From Negativibacillus sp. (GTDB lineage: Bacteria > Bacillota > Clostridia > Oscillospirales > Ruminococcaceae), in assembly GCA_020024325.1 (NCBI GenBank), contig JAHHTY010000001.1:39-64038 (forward strand): a DNA stretch of 64,000 nt, written 5' to 3'. Every line of letters starts with the position of its first letter. The stretch's first letter is position 1. Position numbers and translations under genes: made by a program. The notes under the pieces were generated by a model that was not told the DNA's origin, did not search any database, and was given only the letters and a program-made list of their open reading frames with translations. Positions 19,210 through 29,085 of this stretch are shown here, one piece after another.

Positions 19210-20072
19210 TGAAACAATCAGAACAAATCATCCGCTGCAATGAACCCTGCCTTCAGTCTGCTGCCAAGGCTGCCTGTCAGGGGGTTGCAGGAGCTTTTTC
19301 CCATACAGCGTGTCTTACAGTTTTTGAACAGCCTAACATTACCTTTTATCCCACCTTTGAGGATGTCTTTCAGGCTGTCAGCAATCAGGAAAGCGAATAT
19401 GGAGTTATCCCAATTGAAAACAGCCTTGCAGGTTCTGTAACCGATAATTATGATCTCATGCTCCGCTATCACCTGCATATCGTCGGCACTGTGAAAGTTA
19501 AGGTAGAACACTCTCTGCTTGTCTTGCCGGGCACAAAAATAGAGCAGCTTCGTCATGTATATTCCCATGAACAGGCACTGCATCAATGCTCCGATTTTCT
19601 CAAAGCACATTCACAGATCACACATCATCCTTACTCAAACACCGCTGCCTCTGCACAATTTGTTGCAAAAACACAGGACGCTTCACTGGCAGCCATCGGT
19701 TCAACCGAATCCGCAAAACGATATGGGCTTGAGATATTACAGCAGAACATTCAAAATCGTCGGGATAATTTTACTCGCTTTGTTATTCTTGCAAGGGAGC
19801 CTATCTCTCATCCCGAATGCAATCGCATCAGCCTAATCATTCGTCTGAAACATCAGGCAGGAAGTTTGTATCAGGCACTTTCCCGCTTTGCTCAGCAAGA
19901 AATAAATCTTTTAAAGCTGGAATCTCGCCCCATACCGGATAGTCCTTTTGAGTTTTTGTTTTACTGGGATTTTGACGGAAATCTTATGGAACCTCGTGTC
20001 CAAAAGGCATTAAAAGATTTGGAACAGGATATAGAATACATGAAACTTCTTGGAAACTATCCTGAATTTTAA
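19209..20072 (+). CDS. pheA: Prephenate dehydratase with ACT domain (no chorismate mutase domain)
   Basis: QGVAGAFS, PIENSLAG, SHEQALHQC, NFTRF, LESRP; TAATG coupling to aroC. Confidence 0.92.
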   Translation: MKQSEQIIRCNEPCLQSAAKAACQGVAGAFSHTACLTVFEQPNITFYPTFEDVFQAVSNQESEYGVIPIENSLAGSVTDNYDLMLRYHLHIVGTVKVKVEHSLLVLPGTKIEQLRHVYSHEQALHQCSDFLKAHSQITHHPYSNTAASAQFVAKTQDASLAAIGSTESAKRYGLEILQQNIQNRRDNFTRFVILAREPISHPECNRISLIIRLKHQAGSLYQALSRFAQQEINLLKLESRPIPDSPFEFLFYWDFDGNLMEPRVQKALKDLEQDIEYMKLLGNYPEF

Positions 20073-20339
20073 TAAATCCCTTTCTTTTTTCATAAGTTCT
20101 AATTTACTACATATATAATCAATATTTTTTATTCAACATTTCCATATTTTCCCTATAAATTATATAAAATATAATAAAATTACGATAGTCGGTTGAAAAA
20201 AATCCTCTTTTGCGGTATGATATTGGTATAGCAAAAGTGCGCAAAAATCCATAATCTTTATGTATGTAAATAAAACTCAATTTTTTACAAATTCTGCCAT
20301 ATTTTGCAGCTTTGTAAAAAACAGATGGAGGTATCATAT

Positions 20340-20585
20340 ATGCACGAACCAACGATATCTTTTTCGCTTCATGACGATAAAGAAAAGGAAATCAAAAAAA
20401 CACTAACCATTATTTATGATGCACTCAGACAAAAAGGATACAATCCCATCAATCAAATTGTTGGATATATCCTTTCCGAAGATCCAACCTATATCACTAC
20501 CTACAACAATGCACGCAGTCTTATCCGTCGTATTGACCGTGATGAGCTTTTGCAAATCCTTGTTAAGTCCTATCTCAATGATTAG
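20340..20585 (+). CDS. ireB: IreB/ReoM-family regulatory phosphoprotein (DUF965)
   Basis: YDAL..KGYNPINQIVGYILSEDPTYIT...ARSLI...DRDE; GGAGG RBS. Confidence 0.92.
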   Translation: MHEPTISFSLHDDKEKEIKKTLTIIYDALRQKGYNPINQIVGYILSEDPTYITTYNNARSLIRRIDRDELLQILVKSYLND

Positions 20586-20611
20586 GGGTATTTTGCCTTG
20601 CAAAAAATAGT

Positions 20612-20644
20612 GCGGATGGCTGGAAAAAGGCTGTCCGCTTTTTT
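20612..20644 (+). terminator. Terminator after ireB
   Basis: GCGGATGGCT...GGCTGTCCGC followed by a T-tract. Confidence 0.6.
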
Positions 20645-20698
20645 GTCAGAAAACGTCGGCTAAACAATCTGTGATGACATAAGAAGGGAGTTTTTGCG

Positions 20699-20989
20699 AT
20701 GTCGCAGGAATTTTTAATGTATAAAGGAAGACCTCTTGTACGCAGCGGAGACACACTGTACTATGGAAGTATGGGAGATAAATGTGTTGCCCACCTGCAA
20801 ATTAAAAGTCAAACAGAAATGGATGGACTGAATATGGCAGACAAAGTTGTGATTCAGCTAATTTCTACTGACGAATCCTTATCCCTAAAAGAACGTATTC
20901 TAAATAAAGCAGAACGTGATGGATTATATGAAGCTCTTGCCATAGCTGATATCTGGATGGAACGTCATAATAAAAAAGAAAATGCTTAA
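20699..20989 (+). CDS. Small hypothetical protein
   Basis: AAGGGAG RBS; 96-aa ORF ending at a strong terminator. Confidence 0.75.
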   Translation: MSQEFLMYKGRPLVRSGDTLYYGSMGDKCVAHLQIKSQTEMDGLNMADKVVIQLISTDESLSLKERILNKAERDGLYEALAIADIWMERHNKKENA

Positions 20990-20990
20990 G

Positions 20991-21040
20991 ATATAAAAGA
21001 GGAAGCCGAACCTAAATAGATTCGGCTTCCTCTTTTATAT
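20991..21040. terminator. Bidirectional terminator
   Basis: ATATAAAAGAGGAAGCCGAA...TTCGGCTTCCTCTTTTATAT. Confidence 0.85.
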
Positions 21041-21056
21041 GCTTCTTAATCTTGCT

Positions 21057-21440
21057 TTAAAAGTTTTTATCCTGTTCGGGGCATGTTTTAACACCAAACA
21101 CAAAATAAATCAGGTGAGCAACCCATACCAGTGCTAAAATCATTCTTGCAACCGGAACACGGGACATCATTACAAATCCTATCCCCATCATCAATGTAAC
21201 AACAGTGATAATGCGAAGCTTTGTTTTTGTTGTCATACCCTGACCTTTTACAAAGCTTTCAAGGTTTTCCTGATATAACTTGGTTCCAACAAACCAGCGA
21301 TGTAATCGCTCCGAGCTTCTTGCAAAGCAAAACGCCGCCAACATCAAAAATGGAACTGTCGGCAAAATCGGAACTATTGTTCCCACTGCACCCAAAGCTG
21401 TGCTAATGCAGCCCAGCAAAATATATATTGTTCTTTTCAA
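21057..21440 (-). CDS. YbaN/DUF454-family membrane protein
   Basis: LG.VG..VPILPTVPFLMLAAFCFARSSERLHRW; likely TTG start at 21440 after GGAG. Confidence 0.88.
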   Translation of the reverse strand: MKRTIYILLGCISTALGAVGTIVPILPTVPFLMLAAFCFARSSERLHRWFVGTKLYQENLESFVKGQGMTTKTKLRIITVVTLMMGIGFVMMSRVPVARMILALVWVAHLIYFVFGVKTCPEQDKNF

Positions 21441-21482
21441 CTGGAATAACTCTCCTTCCAAAACACTTCTTTCTTTTTTGTC

Positions 21483-23138
21483 TTAACTCATTCTTCCGTT
21501 TTCAACACTGTATATTTTGTCTGCAATACGCATGGTAGAACTACGGTGAGAAACCAGAACAACCGTCTTATCTTCTCTTTCTTCTCCAATAGATTTTAAA
21601 ATTACAGCTTCATTTAAGCTATCCAAATTGCTGGTTGGCTCGTCCAGCAGCATCAGCGGTGCATTATGTAAAAATGCTCTCGCAAGTCCAATACGCTGAC
21701 GTTCTCCTCCCGAAAGGGTATCTCCCAGCTCGCCAACAGATGTATCATATCCTTTTGGAAGCTTCATAATAAAATCATGCACCGATGCTTTTTTACAAGC
21801 TTCCACAATCTCTTCGTGGCTGGCATCCAGCTTTGCAATGCGAATATTATTTTCAATGCTGTCATGGAACAGATGAGTTTCCTGGGTAACAAAACTTTCC
21901 ATCTGTCTTAAATTTTCAGTGTTAATTTGATCGATGGAGCGTCCGGCAATATCAATTTCACCCTTCTGTGCACTCCAAAAACGCATCAGCAATTTAAGCA
22001 GAGTGGATTTACCGCTTCCGCTTTTTCCAACAATACCAATTATCGATTTTTTCGGCATTTGCATGGAAATGTTGGACAGAATCTCTTCTCCACCATAGGA
22101 AAAGCTTACATCTTTTACTTCCACATCAGAGAATTTTATATCCATAAACCCGTCAATTTCTTCGGTAACGGGAGTTTCATCCAAAATATCCAGCACTCGA
22201 TTTCCTGCTGCAAAGGTATTTTGCAGGGTACTTCCCAGATTTGCCAGCGCAATTACCGGACCAAAAGAACTCATCAGTGTCACTACCGGAATCAGCACAC
22301 CGTCAAATCCGATTTGACCTTTTTGATAGAGGGTTGCACAGAGCAGCAGCATTGCCAAATCAAAGAACAAAATGACAGTATTTGTGATTGCCATGCTGTA
22401 TCCTGCCCGATTCTTCATCAGCTTTTCCTGTCCTGATAATTCATCTGTTTTTCGGTTCATCTCTTCAAGACGTTTCTCCCCTGCCTGATATTGCAGTGTT
22501 TCAGACAAACCTCTCAAACTGTCAAGAACAAAGCTGCTTAAATTGCCAGATTCACCGCGAAAACGAATACCATCCTCTTTTCCTTTTTTGGAGGTAATCA
22601 TTGGAATAATGATACCAACACAGCAGTATGCTACCACTGCAAGCAAGGCAAATAATATATGGAAACTTCCAAGCAGCAGCACCATAATCAATGATACAAA
22701 AAAAGCAATTGCAATCGGAGAGATGGTGTGTGCATAAAACACTTCCAATAATTCAATGTCTGCGGTGATAATGGAGATTAAATTGCCTCTGTCTTTGCCT
22801 TCCAGCTTTGCCGGACACAACTTCCTCAAAGCTGCAAATACCTTATCTCGCAAAAGGGCAAGCAATTTAAAGGCAATGTAATGATTACAAGCCTGTTCAC
22901 CATAGTGCAATGCACCGCGAAGCAAGGCAAAAACTGCAATGCAGACAAACAAAACAGTTAACGAACGACCACTTTCCGTTACTAACTCAACTAAAGCAGA
23001 TACCCCAAATACAGGAATGAAGATGGCACAGAGGAATCCCACGGTTCCCAGCAGAATTGCCAGAAGCATAAAGCCTGTCAATGGCTTTACCAAGCCAATT
23101 AGACGCATACAAATATTCAGATTACTTCTCTCCTTCAT
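21483..23138 (-). CDS. ABC transporter fused permease/ATPase, CydC-like
   Basis: N-terminal TMs; HYIAFKLLA.LR; Walker A GKSGSGKST; LSGGERQR; LLDEPTS. Confidence 0.88.
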   Translation of the reverse strand: MKERSNLNICMRLIGLVKPLTGFMLLAILLGTVGFLCAIFIPVFGVSALVELVTESGRSLTVLFVCIAVFALLRGALHYGEQACNHYIAFKLLALLRDKVFAALRKLCPAKLEGKDRGNLISIITADIELLEVFYAHTISPIAIAFFVSLIMVLLLGSFHILFALLAVVAYCCVGIIIPMITSKKGKEDGIRFRGESGNLSSFVLDSLRGLSETLQYQAGEKRLEEMNRKTDELSGQEKLMKNRAGYSMAITNTVILFFDLAMLLLCATLYQKGQIGFDGVLIPVVTLMSSFGPVIALANLGSTLQNTFAAGNRVLDILDETPVTEEIDGFMDIKFSDVEVKDVSFSYGGEEILSNISMQMPKKSIIGIVGKSGSGKSTLLKLLMRFWSAQKGEIDIAGRSIDQINTENLRQMESFVTQETHLFHDSIENNIRIAKLDASHEEIVEACKKASVHDFIMKLPKGYDTSVGELGDTLSGGERQRIGLARAFLHNAPLMLLDEPTSNLDSLNEAVILKSIGEEREDKTVVLVSHRSSTMRIADKIYSVENGRMS

Positions 23139-24873
23139 ACGACTTTTCCTTTCCGTATTGCTCCAACGAACTTTGTGTATTCCACAGCTGTGCATACTGT
23201 CCATGCTGTTTTAGCAATACATCATGTTTTCCCGACTCTGCAACCGAGCCATTCTGCATCACATAGATTCTGTCTGCACGAAGCGCATTTGCCAGTCGAT
23301 GGGTAATCAAAATAACAGTCTTATCTTGTGCCAGATTGTAAATCTGTCCCATAATTTCGTTTTCGCTTTCAGCATCTACATTAGAGGTTGCTTCGTCAAA
23401 AATATAAATTGGACTATCATGCAAAACTGCCCTTGCCAGTGCTAATCTCTGACGCTGTCCGCCCGAAAGATTGCTTCCTCTTTCCGTAAGTGCAGTGTCC
23501 AATCCGTTCTCTGCACGCATAAAGTTTGCAAGATTTACCTGTTCCAAAATTTCCCACAAACGCTCATCAGATGCCTGAGGGGCACCCATTAGAAGATTAT
23601 CACGAACGCTTCCTTTAAACAGGTAACTGTCAAAACCGATATAAGTAATATTTTTCATCAGACTTTCCTCTTGAATTTCTGACAAATCGTGTTCACCCAG
23701 CTTCACTGTTCCCTGATAGCCTTTATTTTTCCCCATTAGAATAGATGCAACGGTCGATTTTCCGCATCCGCTTTCTCCAACAATGGCAGTAAAACTTTTA
23801 TGTGGGAATTCCATTGTAACTCCATGCAAAATTTCCCGATTTTCTTCGTAAGAAAAATGCAGGTCACGGCAGTATAATCCTGCCTGTGGCTCAACCTCAT
23901 ATTTTGCATTTCCTGTATTTTCCGACAAATCCAACAACTTAAAGATTTTATCACTGGCTGCCATACCGTTCATCGCAATATGAAAATAACTTCCCAGCAT
24001 ACGCATTGGAATAAAAAATTCTGCCGACAACAAAATGATAGAGATACATCCTGCCAGTGAAACATTCCCTGCTCGATACTGAAGTACCGAAATAATGGTT
24101 CCCAGTGCGGCTCCACCATACGCAATCGCATCCATGACTGTAACCGAGTTGAGCTGCATAGTTAAAACCTTCATCGTGATTTTACGGAACCTTTCCGATT
24201 CCTCATTCATCTGCTCGTGTTTAAATTTATCTGACTGGTATATTTTTAAAATCGTCAATCCCTGCAAATTCTCAAGGAAGGTATCTCCAAGTGTAGTATA
24301 TTCGCTCCAATACTTAGACAGCAGTTTCTTTGCAAAAGTCTGAACTGCCGCAATGGTGACCGGAATCAGAGGAACACAGATTAAAAGAACGATTGCCGAT
24401 GGTAGATTGACAAAGCTGAGTACAACAAACAGTGTAATCGGTGCAATTACACTGTAAAAAAACTGTGGAAGATATGCTCCAAAGTAAGTTTCCAGCTGCT
24501 CTACACCTTCCACCGCCAGCTGAACAATTTCTGAGGTTGCCACCTGTTCCCGATAGGATGTTCCTAAACGAAGTAACTTTTGATAAATCAATGTCCTCAA
24601 TTTCTTCTTTACAGACTTTGAGGAGAGGTATCCCATTTTCGACATCTGTCTTGTACAAAAGAAGCGGATTACAATAGCAACTGCTACAGCAAGCGTTGTC
24701 TGGATAAAGGTTGTTGCATCCGCTGTCTTTAAGCTTAGCTTTTGCAGCATTGAGGCAATGGCAAATATCATACCAATATTTGATACCATACTTACCCATT
24801 GATACACAATATTTCCTGCAATATATTTTTTGCTTTCACTGACCATGCCTATCAGCCGTTTGTTAATCATCAT
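23122..24873 (-). CDS. ABC transporter fused permease/ATPase, CydD-like
   Basis: YFGAYLPQ, AEFFIPMR.LG.YFH; GESGCGKST; LSGGQRQR; DEATS. Confidence 0.88.
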   Translation of the reverse strand: MMINKRLIGMVSESKKYIAGNIVYQWVSMVSNIGMIFAIASMLQKLSLKTADATTFIQTTLAVAVAIVIRFFCTRQMSKMGYLSSKSVKKKLRTLIYQKLLRLGTSYREQVATSEIVQLAVEGVEQLETYFGAYLPQFFYSVIAPITLFVVLSFVNLPSAIVLLICVPLIPVTIAAVQTFAKKLLSKYWSEYTTLGDTFLENLQGLTILKIYQSDKFKHEQMNEESERFRKITMKVLTMQLNSVTVMDAIAYGGAALGTIISVLQYRAGNVSLAGCISIILLSAEFFIPMRMLGSYFHIAMNGMAASDKIFKLLDLSENTGNAKYEVEPQAGLYCRDLHFSYEENREILHGVTMEFPHKSFTAIVGESGCGKSTVASILMGKNKGYQGTVKLGEHDLSEIQEESLMKNITYIGFDSYLFKGSVRDNLLMGAPQASDERLWEILEQVNLANFMRAENGLDTALTERGSNLSGGQRQRLALARAVLHDSPIYIFDEATSNVDAESENEIMGQIYNLAQDKTVILITHRLANALRADRIYVMQNGSVAESGKHDVLLKQHGQYAQLWNTQSSLEQYGKEKSYEGEK

Positions 24874-24930
24874 TTTTCTAAATCCCTCCTGCAGAGTTTA
24901 TCTGTAAAAGAATGAGCCTTCATGACTTTT

Positions 24931-25075
24931 GATTAGCATAAACTAATCCTGACGAAAAAAATATCGGTTAGACTAGTCTAACCGATCTAACCGATAATTA
25001 AGTTTATCGGTTTTGTATATTTTTGTCAAGTATTACTAACAATAAGCGGATTACCTTTTGTTAGATTGAGCTAAC
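24931..25075 (-). promoter_or_regulatory. Promoter (TTGACA-17bp-TAAACT, 25029-25001) with three TTAG-N6-CTAA dyads, DtxR/MntR-like
   Basis: GATTAGCATAAACTAATC 24931-48; ATCGGTTAGACTAGTCTAACCGAT 24963-86; GTTAGATTGAGCTAAC 25060-75. Confidence 0.7.
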
Positions 25076-25077
25076 TT

Positions 25078-25869
25078 TCATTCCAAAAATTGACCCATTT
25101 TTCGGAAACGTCGGTATCTTCTTTGAATCAACTCTTCTCCTGAAAGCCGCTGTCCCTGAGAAAAAGCACTGTATAAGTCTTTGCTTAACCGCTGGTAAAC
25201 TTTCTCAAAACCCTTTTTGTAGTCTTGCGGTTCACGGACAATACGCTCCACTACCTTTAATTTCAACAATTCCTGGGCGGTTAATTTTAAACACTCTGCT
25301 GCTTCCTTGGTTTTAGAAGAATCTTTCCATAAGATCGTTGCACAACCCTCTGGAGAAATCACCGAATAAACCGCATTTTCCATCATCCAAACTTCGTCTG
25401 AAACTGCCAGCCCCAAAGCACCACCACTGCCACCTTCACCAATTAAAATTGATATGACAGGTGTCTTGAGTGTCATCATTTCCATAAGATTTTCGGCAAT
25501 TGCCTGGGCTTGTCCTCGCTCCTCTGCTTCTATTCCGCAATAAGCTCCCGAGGTGTCAATAAAACAAACAATGGGACGATGAAATTTTTCTGCAAGCTTC
25601 ATCTGCCTCAATGCTTTGCGGTATCCTTCCGGGTGTGCACATCCAAAATTTCGCAGTACCTTATCTTTAGTATCCTTTCCCCGTTCAATAGCAATGGCAG
25701 TTATCGGCATATCGTTCAGCCAGCCCACTCCTGCAATCACGGCTTTATCATCTGCAAAGCGCCGATCGCCATGCAACTCCACAAATCCATCTATCATGTT
25801 TTCAATAAAGTCCTTACCGCTTGGGCGACCTTTTGCTCTTGCAGCTTCGACTCGTTTATAAGCTTCCAT
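25078..25869 (-). CDS. accA: Acetyl-CoA carboxylase carboxyltransferase alpha
   Basis: ELHGDR, NFG..HPEGYRKALR, AEERGQ, GEGGSGGAL, SPEGCA. Confidence 0.95.
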   Translation of the reverse strand: MEAYKRVEAARAKGRPSGKDFIENMIDGFVELHGDRRFADDKAVIAGVGWLNDMPITAIAIERGKDTKDKVLRNFGCAHPEGYRKALRQMKLAEKFHRPIVCFIDTSGAYCGIEAEERGQAQAIAENLMEMMTLKTPVISILIGEGGSGGALGLAVSDEVWMMENAVYSVISPEGCATILWKDSSKTKEAAECLKLTAQELLKLKVVERIVREPQDYKKGFEKVYQRLSKDLYSAFSQGQRLSGEELIQRRYRRFRKMGQFLE

Positions 25870-26749
25870 CTTGCTTTTCCTCCCCGGCTGTTTTTTTGCA
25901 ATGCAGTGCAAGCAGCTGTGCTAAGTATTCTTTTTGCTCCTGCCTTTCCACAACTGCATCTACAAAACCTTTTTCCAGCAAAAATTCTGCTCGCTGAAAT
26001 CCTTCCGGTAACTTCTGCCTTATCGTTTGTTCAATCACTCGGGGACCTGCAAAACCAATCAATGCTTTGGGCTCAGCCAGAATAATATCCCCCTGCATCG
26101 CAAAACTTGCCGAAACGCCCCCTGTGGTCGGGTCCGTTAAAACAGTGATATATAAATTTCCGGCATCGCTGTGCCGTTTCACCGCTCCGCTTGTTTTTGC
26201 CATCTGCATCAGCGACATAATTCCTTCCTGCATTCTTGCTCCACCGGAAACAGTATAACCAATCACCGGCAAATCATATCGTGCTGCATATTCAAACAGA
26301 CGAGTAATTTTCTCTCCGACAACCGCTCCCATACTGCCCATCATAAAATTAGGCTCCATCACAAACAAACAGGTTCGATAGGAAGATATCGTACATTCAC
26401 CACAAACCACACCTTCCTTTTCTCCGCTGTCCAATGCAGCGTGCTTGAGTTTATTTTCATATCCCGGAAAATCCAGAAGATTGATTGAGCGAAGCTGGGC
26501 ATCATGCTCTACAAAGCTGTCTTCATCTGCAATCATACTGATTCTTTGACGTGCGTTCATGCGAAAGAGATGCCCACATTTAGGGCAAATGCCATATGCT
26601 TCGCTTAACTGGCTAACAAATAAAATATTTTTACATTTTGGGCAGGACATACACAGTTCATCCGGAACAGATGGACAACCCTCTTTTACTGCTCTTTCAT
26701 AATTTTCCAAATCATTTTTAGGTCTTTGAAACAGTTTCTTTGAAAGCAT
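25856..26749 (-). CDS. accD: Acetyl-CoA carboxylase carboxyltransferase beta
   Basis: CPKC..CPKC zinc finger; GSMG.VVGEK; SGGARMQEG; GFAGPRVIEQT. Confidence 0.95.
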   Translation of the reverse strand: MLSKKLFQRPKNDLENYERAVKEGCPSVPDELCMSCPKCKNILFVSQLSEAYGICPKCGHLFRMNARQRISMIADEDSFVEHDAQLRSINLLDFPGYENKLKHAALDSGEKEGVVCGECTISSYRTCLFVMEPNFMMGSMGAVVGEKITRLFEYAARYDLPVIGYTVSGGARMQEGIMSLMQMAKTSGAVKRHSDAGNLYITVLTDPTTGGVSASFAMQGDIILAEPKALIGFAGPRVIEQTIRQKLPEGFQRAEFLLEKGFVDAVVERQEQKEYLAQLLALHCKKTAGEEKQDGSL

Positions 26750-26784
26750 TGGTTTTCTCCCTTTCTTTCCAAAATCACTTCATC

Positions 26785-28122
26785 CTACCGGCTTCTCTTG
26801 GCAATAAAATCGGTGTGATAGTCCCCAGATTTGAACTCCACCTCACTAAGCAATTCCATATGCATTTTACTGTTGTGTTCCACTCCTTCAATAACCAATT
26901 CACACAGTGCTGCCTGCAACTTGCGGATTGCTTCCTCTCTGGTTTTTGCAAACACCACCAGTTTACCAATCATTGAATCATAGTAAGGTGGAATGATGTA
27001 GTCTTGGTATAAAGCAGTATCAAAGCGAACCCACGGTCCACCCGGAACGTGAAGAAGTGTTATTTTACCACAGCTGGGTCTAAAATTCTGCTCCGGATTT
27101 TCGGCATTGATACGACACTCGATAGCATGACCGTTCAGTTGAACATCCTTTTGTGTAAATCCCAAACGTTGACCTGCTGCAATACGGATTTGCCATTTTA
27201 CAAGGTCATATCCTGTCACCATCTCAGTAACAGTGTGCTCCACTTGCAGTCTGGTGTTCATTTCCATAAAATAGAAATTTCCTTCTTTATCCAGTAAAAA
27301 TTCCACCGTACCTGCATTGCAATAACCGACTGCTTTTGCAGCTTTTACTGCTGCCTTCATCATCTTCTCTCTAGTGCGTTTATCAAGGCAAGCCGATGGA
27401 CATTCTTCAATCAATTTTTGGTTTTTCCGCTGAATGGAACATTCTCTTTCTCCCAGGCATACCGCTGCACCAAAACCATCACACAAAACCTGCATTTCAA
27501 TATGCTTTGCTGGATAAAGATACTTTTCTATATATATTCCACCATCTCCAAAAGCACTCAGAGCCTCTCGGGAAGCGTTTTGATAAGCACTTTCCAGTTC
27601 TGACATTTCCTGTACCAAACGAATTCCCCGTCCTCCTCCGCCGGATCTAGCCTTAATCAATAAAGGAAAACCAATCTTTTCTGCCTGTTCTCTTGCTTCC
27701 TCTAAATCTGATACCACATCACAACCGGGAATAACAGGAACACCTGCAGCTTGCATCGTTTTTCTTGCTTCATCTTTATTTCCGGCTTTGGCAATAGTTT
27801 CTGCGCTGGGTCCAATAAAGACAATATTACATTCTTTACATAGGGCAGCAAATTGTGCATTTTCAGATAATAGCCCATACCCCGGATGGATTGCCTGTGC
27901 TCCGGAACAGATGGCAGCCGAAATAATCTCGGCCATATTCAGGTAACTTTCTCCTACCGAAGCGGGTCCAATGCAGTAACTTTCGTCCGCAAGGCTAACG
28001 TGAAGAGCATCACGATCCGCTTGTGAAAAAACAGCTACCGTAGATATTCCCATCTCTTTGCACGCACGAATGATTCGAACCGCAATCTCTCCTCTGTTTG
28101 CAATTAAAATTTTTGAAAACAT
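26785..28122 (-). CDS. accC: Biotin carboxylase
   Basis: KILIANRGEIA, HPGYG.LSEN, GGGGRG, EMNTRLQVEH, YDSMIGKL. Confidence 0.96.
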   Translation of the reverse strand: MFSKILIANRGEIAVRIIRACKEMGISTVAVFSQADRDALHVSLADESYCIGPASVGESYLNMAEIISAAICSGAQAIHPGYGLLSENAQFAALCKECNIVFIGPSAETIAKAGNKDEARKTMQAAGVPVIPGCDVVSDLEEAREQAEKIGFPLLIKARSGGGGRGIRLVQEMSELESAYQNASREALSAFGDGGIYIEKYLYPAKHIEMQVLCDGFGAAVCLGERECSIQRKNQKLIEECPSACLDKRTREKMMKAAVKAAKAVGYCNAGTVEFLLDKEGNFYFMEMNTRLQVEHTVTEMVTGYDLVKWQIRIAAGQRLGFTQKDVQLNGHAIECRINAENPEQNFRPSCGKITLLHVPGGPWVRFDTALYQDYIIPPYYDSMIGKLVVFAKTREEAIRKLQAALCELVIEGVEHNSKMHMELLSEVEFKSGDYHTDFIAKRSR

Positions 28123-28142
28123 AATTCTGCCCTCCTGCAAAC

Positions 28143-28595
28143 TTACTCTTCTCTCAGGCAGGCAAAGGAAAACTCCCCTGAAACGCACAGCTTTCCATGA
28201 ACATATCCTTTACCTTGAGCAAAATAAAACGGTTTTCTTACCTTGAGCAGCTTACATTCCATTTCCAGTTTATCTCCCGGACGAACTTTATTTTTAAATT
28301 TCACCTTATCCAAGCTTGTGAAATATGGTGTTATCTTTTGCTCTTTTCCCAGTTTTTCTGCTAATAAAACACAGCAGGTCTGTGCCATCATTTCGCACAA
28401 TACCACTCCCGGCACAACAGGATTTCCCGGGAAATGTCCCTGCAAAAACCACTCTTTTCCCGAAACGGTGTAGCAGCCCTTACATTTCACAATATTTCCC
28501 ATCTCATCCACTTCATCTTCACAAAGCCATGCTTCATCTATCAGCAGCATGTTATCTCGATGTGGAAGAATTTCTTTGATTGCTTCCTGTGTCAT
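28143..28595 (-). CDS. fabZ: 3-hydroxyacyl-ACP dehydratase
   Basis: LPHR..MLLID, GHFPGNPVVPGV..CE.MAQ, V.PGD.L. Confidence 0.92.
   Translation of the reverse strand: MTQEAIKEILPHRDNMLLIDEAWLCEDEVDEMGNIVKCKGCYTVSGKEWFLQGHFPGNPVVPGVVLCEMMAQTCCVLLAEKLGKEQKITPYFTSLDKVKFKNKVRPGDKLEMECKLLKVRKPFYFAQGKGYVHGKLCVSGEFSFACLREE
28422..28435. promoter_or_regulatory. Noc-binding-site-like palindrome ATTTCCCGGGAAAT within fabZ
   Basis: Perfect match, but it also encodes the conserved HFPGN motif. Confidence 0.45.
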
Positions 28596-28609
28596 TCTTT
28601 TTCCTCCTT

Positions 28610-29074
28610 TCATCGAATTTGAAATAAAGTTTGCTCATATTCTACAATGCCACCGTTTTCAATGCAGATTTCCGCAATCTCTCCGTCCGCTTCGGCAGTA
28701 ATTTCATTCATCAGCTTCATCGCCTCGATAATACATAACACATCTCCTTTTTTCACCCGGGAACCCACCTTAACAAAAGGTTCCGCTTCCGGAGATGGTG
28801 CTGAATAGAATACACCCACCATGGGAGATTTTACCTCTGCCAGTTCCTCTTTTACCACCCCTGTTTGTGTAGTTGATTGCAGCTGTGTTTTATTTTCGGC
28901 ATCATTTTCCTGCTTTTGGGAGTCTTCCGGTATTTTGGACAGGTCTGTCAAGGTTGTTGAAACTGTATTTAAACGTTCTAATTGGATATCTAAGACTCCC
29001 TCTGTTAGATGTAAAGAGCTTAGCCCGTTTTCACGCATAATCTTTGCCAGTTCTCGAATTTCCTGAATATTCAT
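28610..29074 (-). CDS. accB: Biotin carboxyl carrier protein
   Basis: [15 protein letters not shown] biotinylation motif. Confidence 0.95.
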   Translation of the reverse strand: MNIQEIRELAKIMRENGLSSLHLTEGVLDIQLERLNTVSTTLTDLSKIPEDSQKQENDAENKTQLQSTTQTGVVKEELAEVKSPMVGVFYSAPSPEAEPFVKVGSRVKKGDVLCIIEAMKLMNEITAEADGEIAEICIENGGIVEYEQTLFQIR

Positions 29075-29085
29075 CGCTTTACCCC

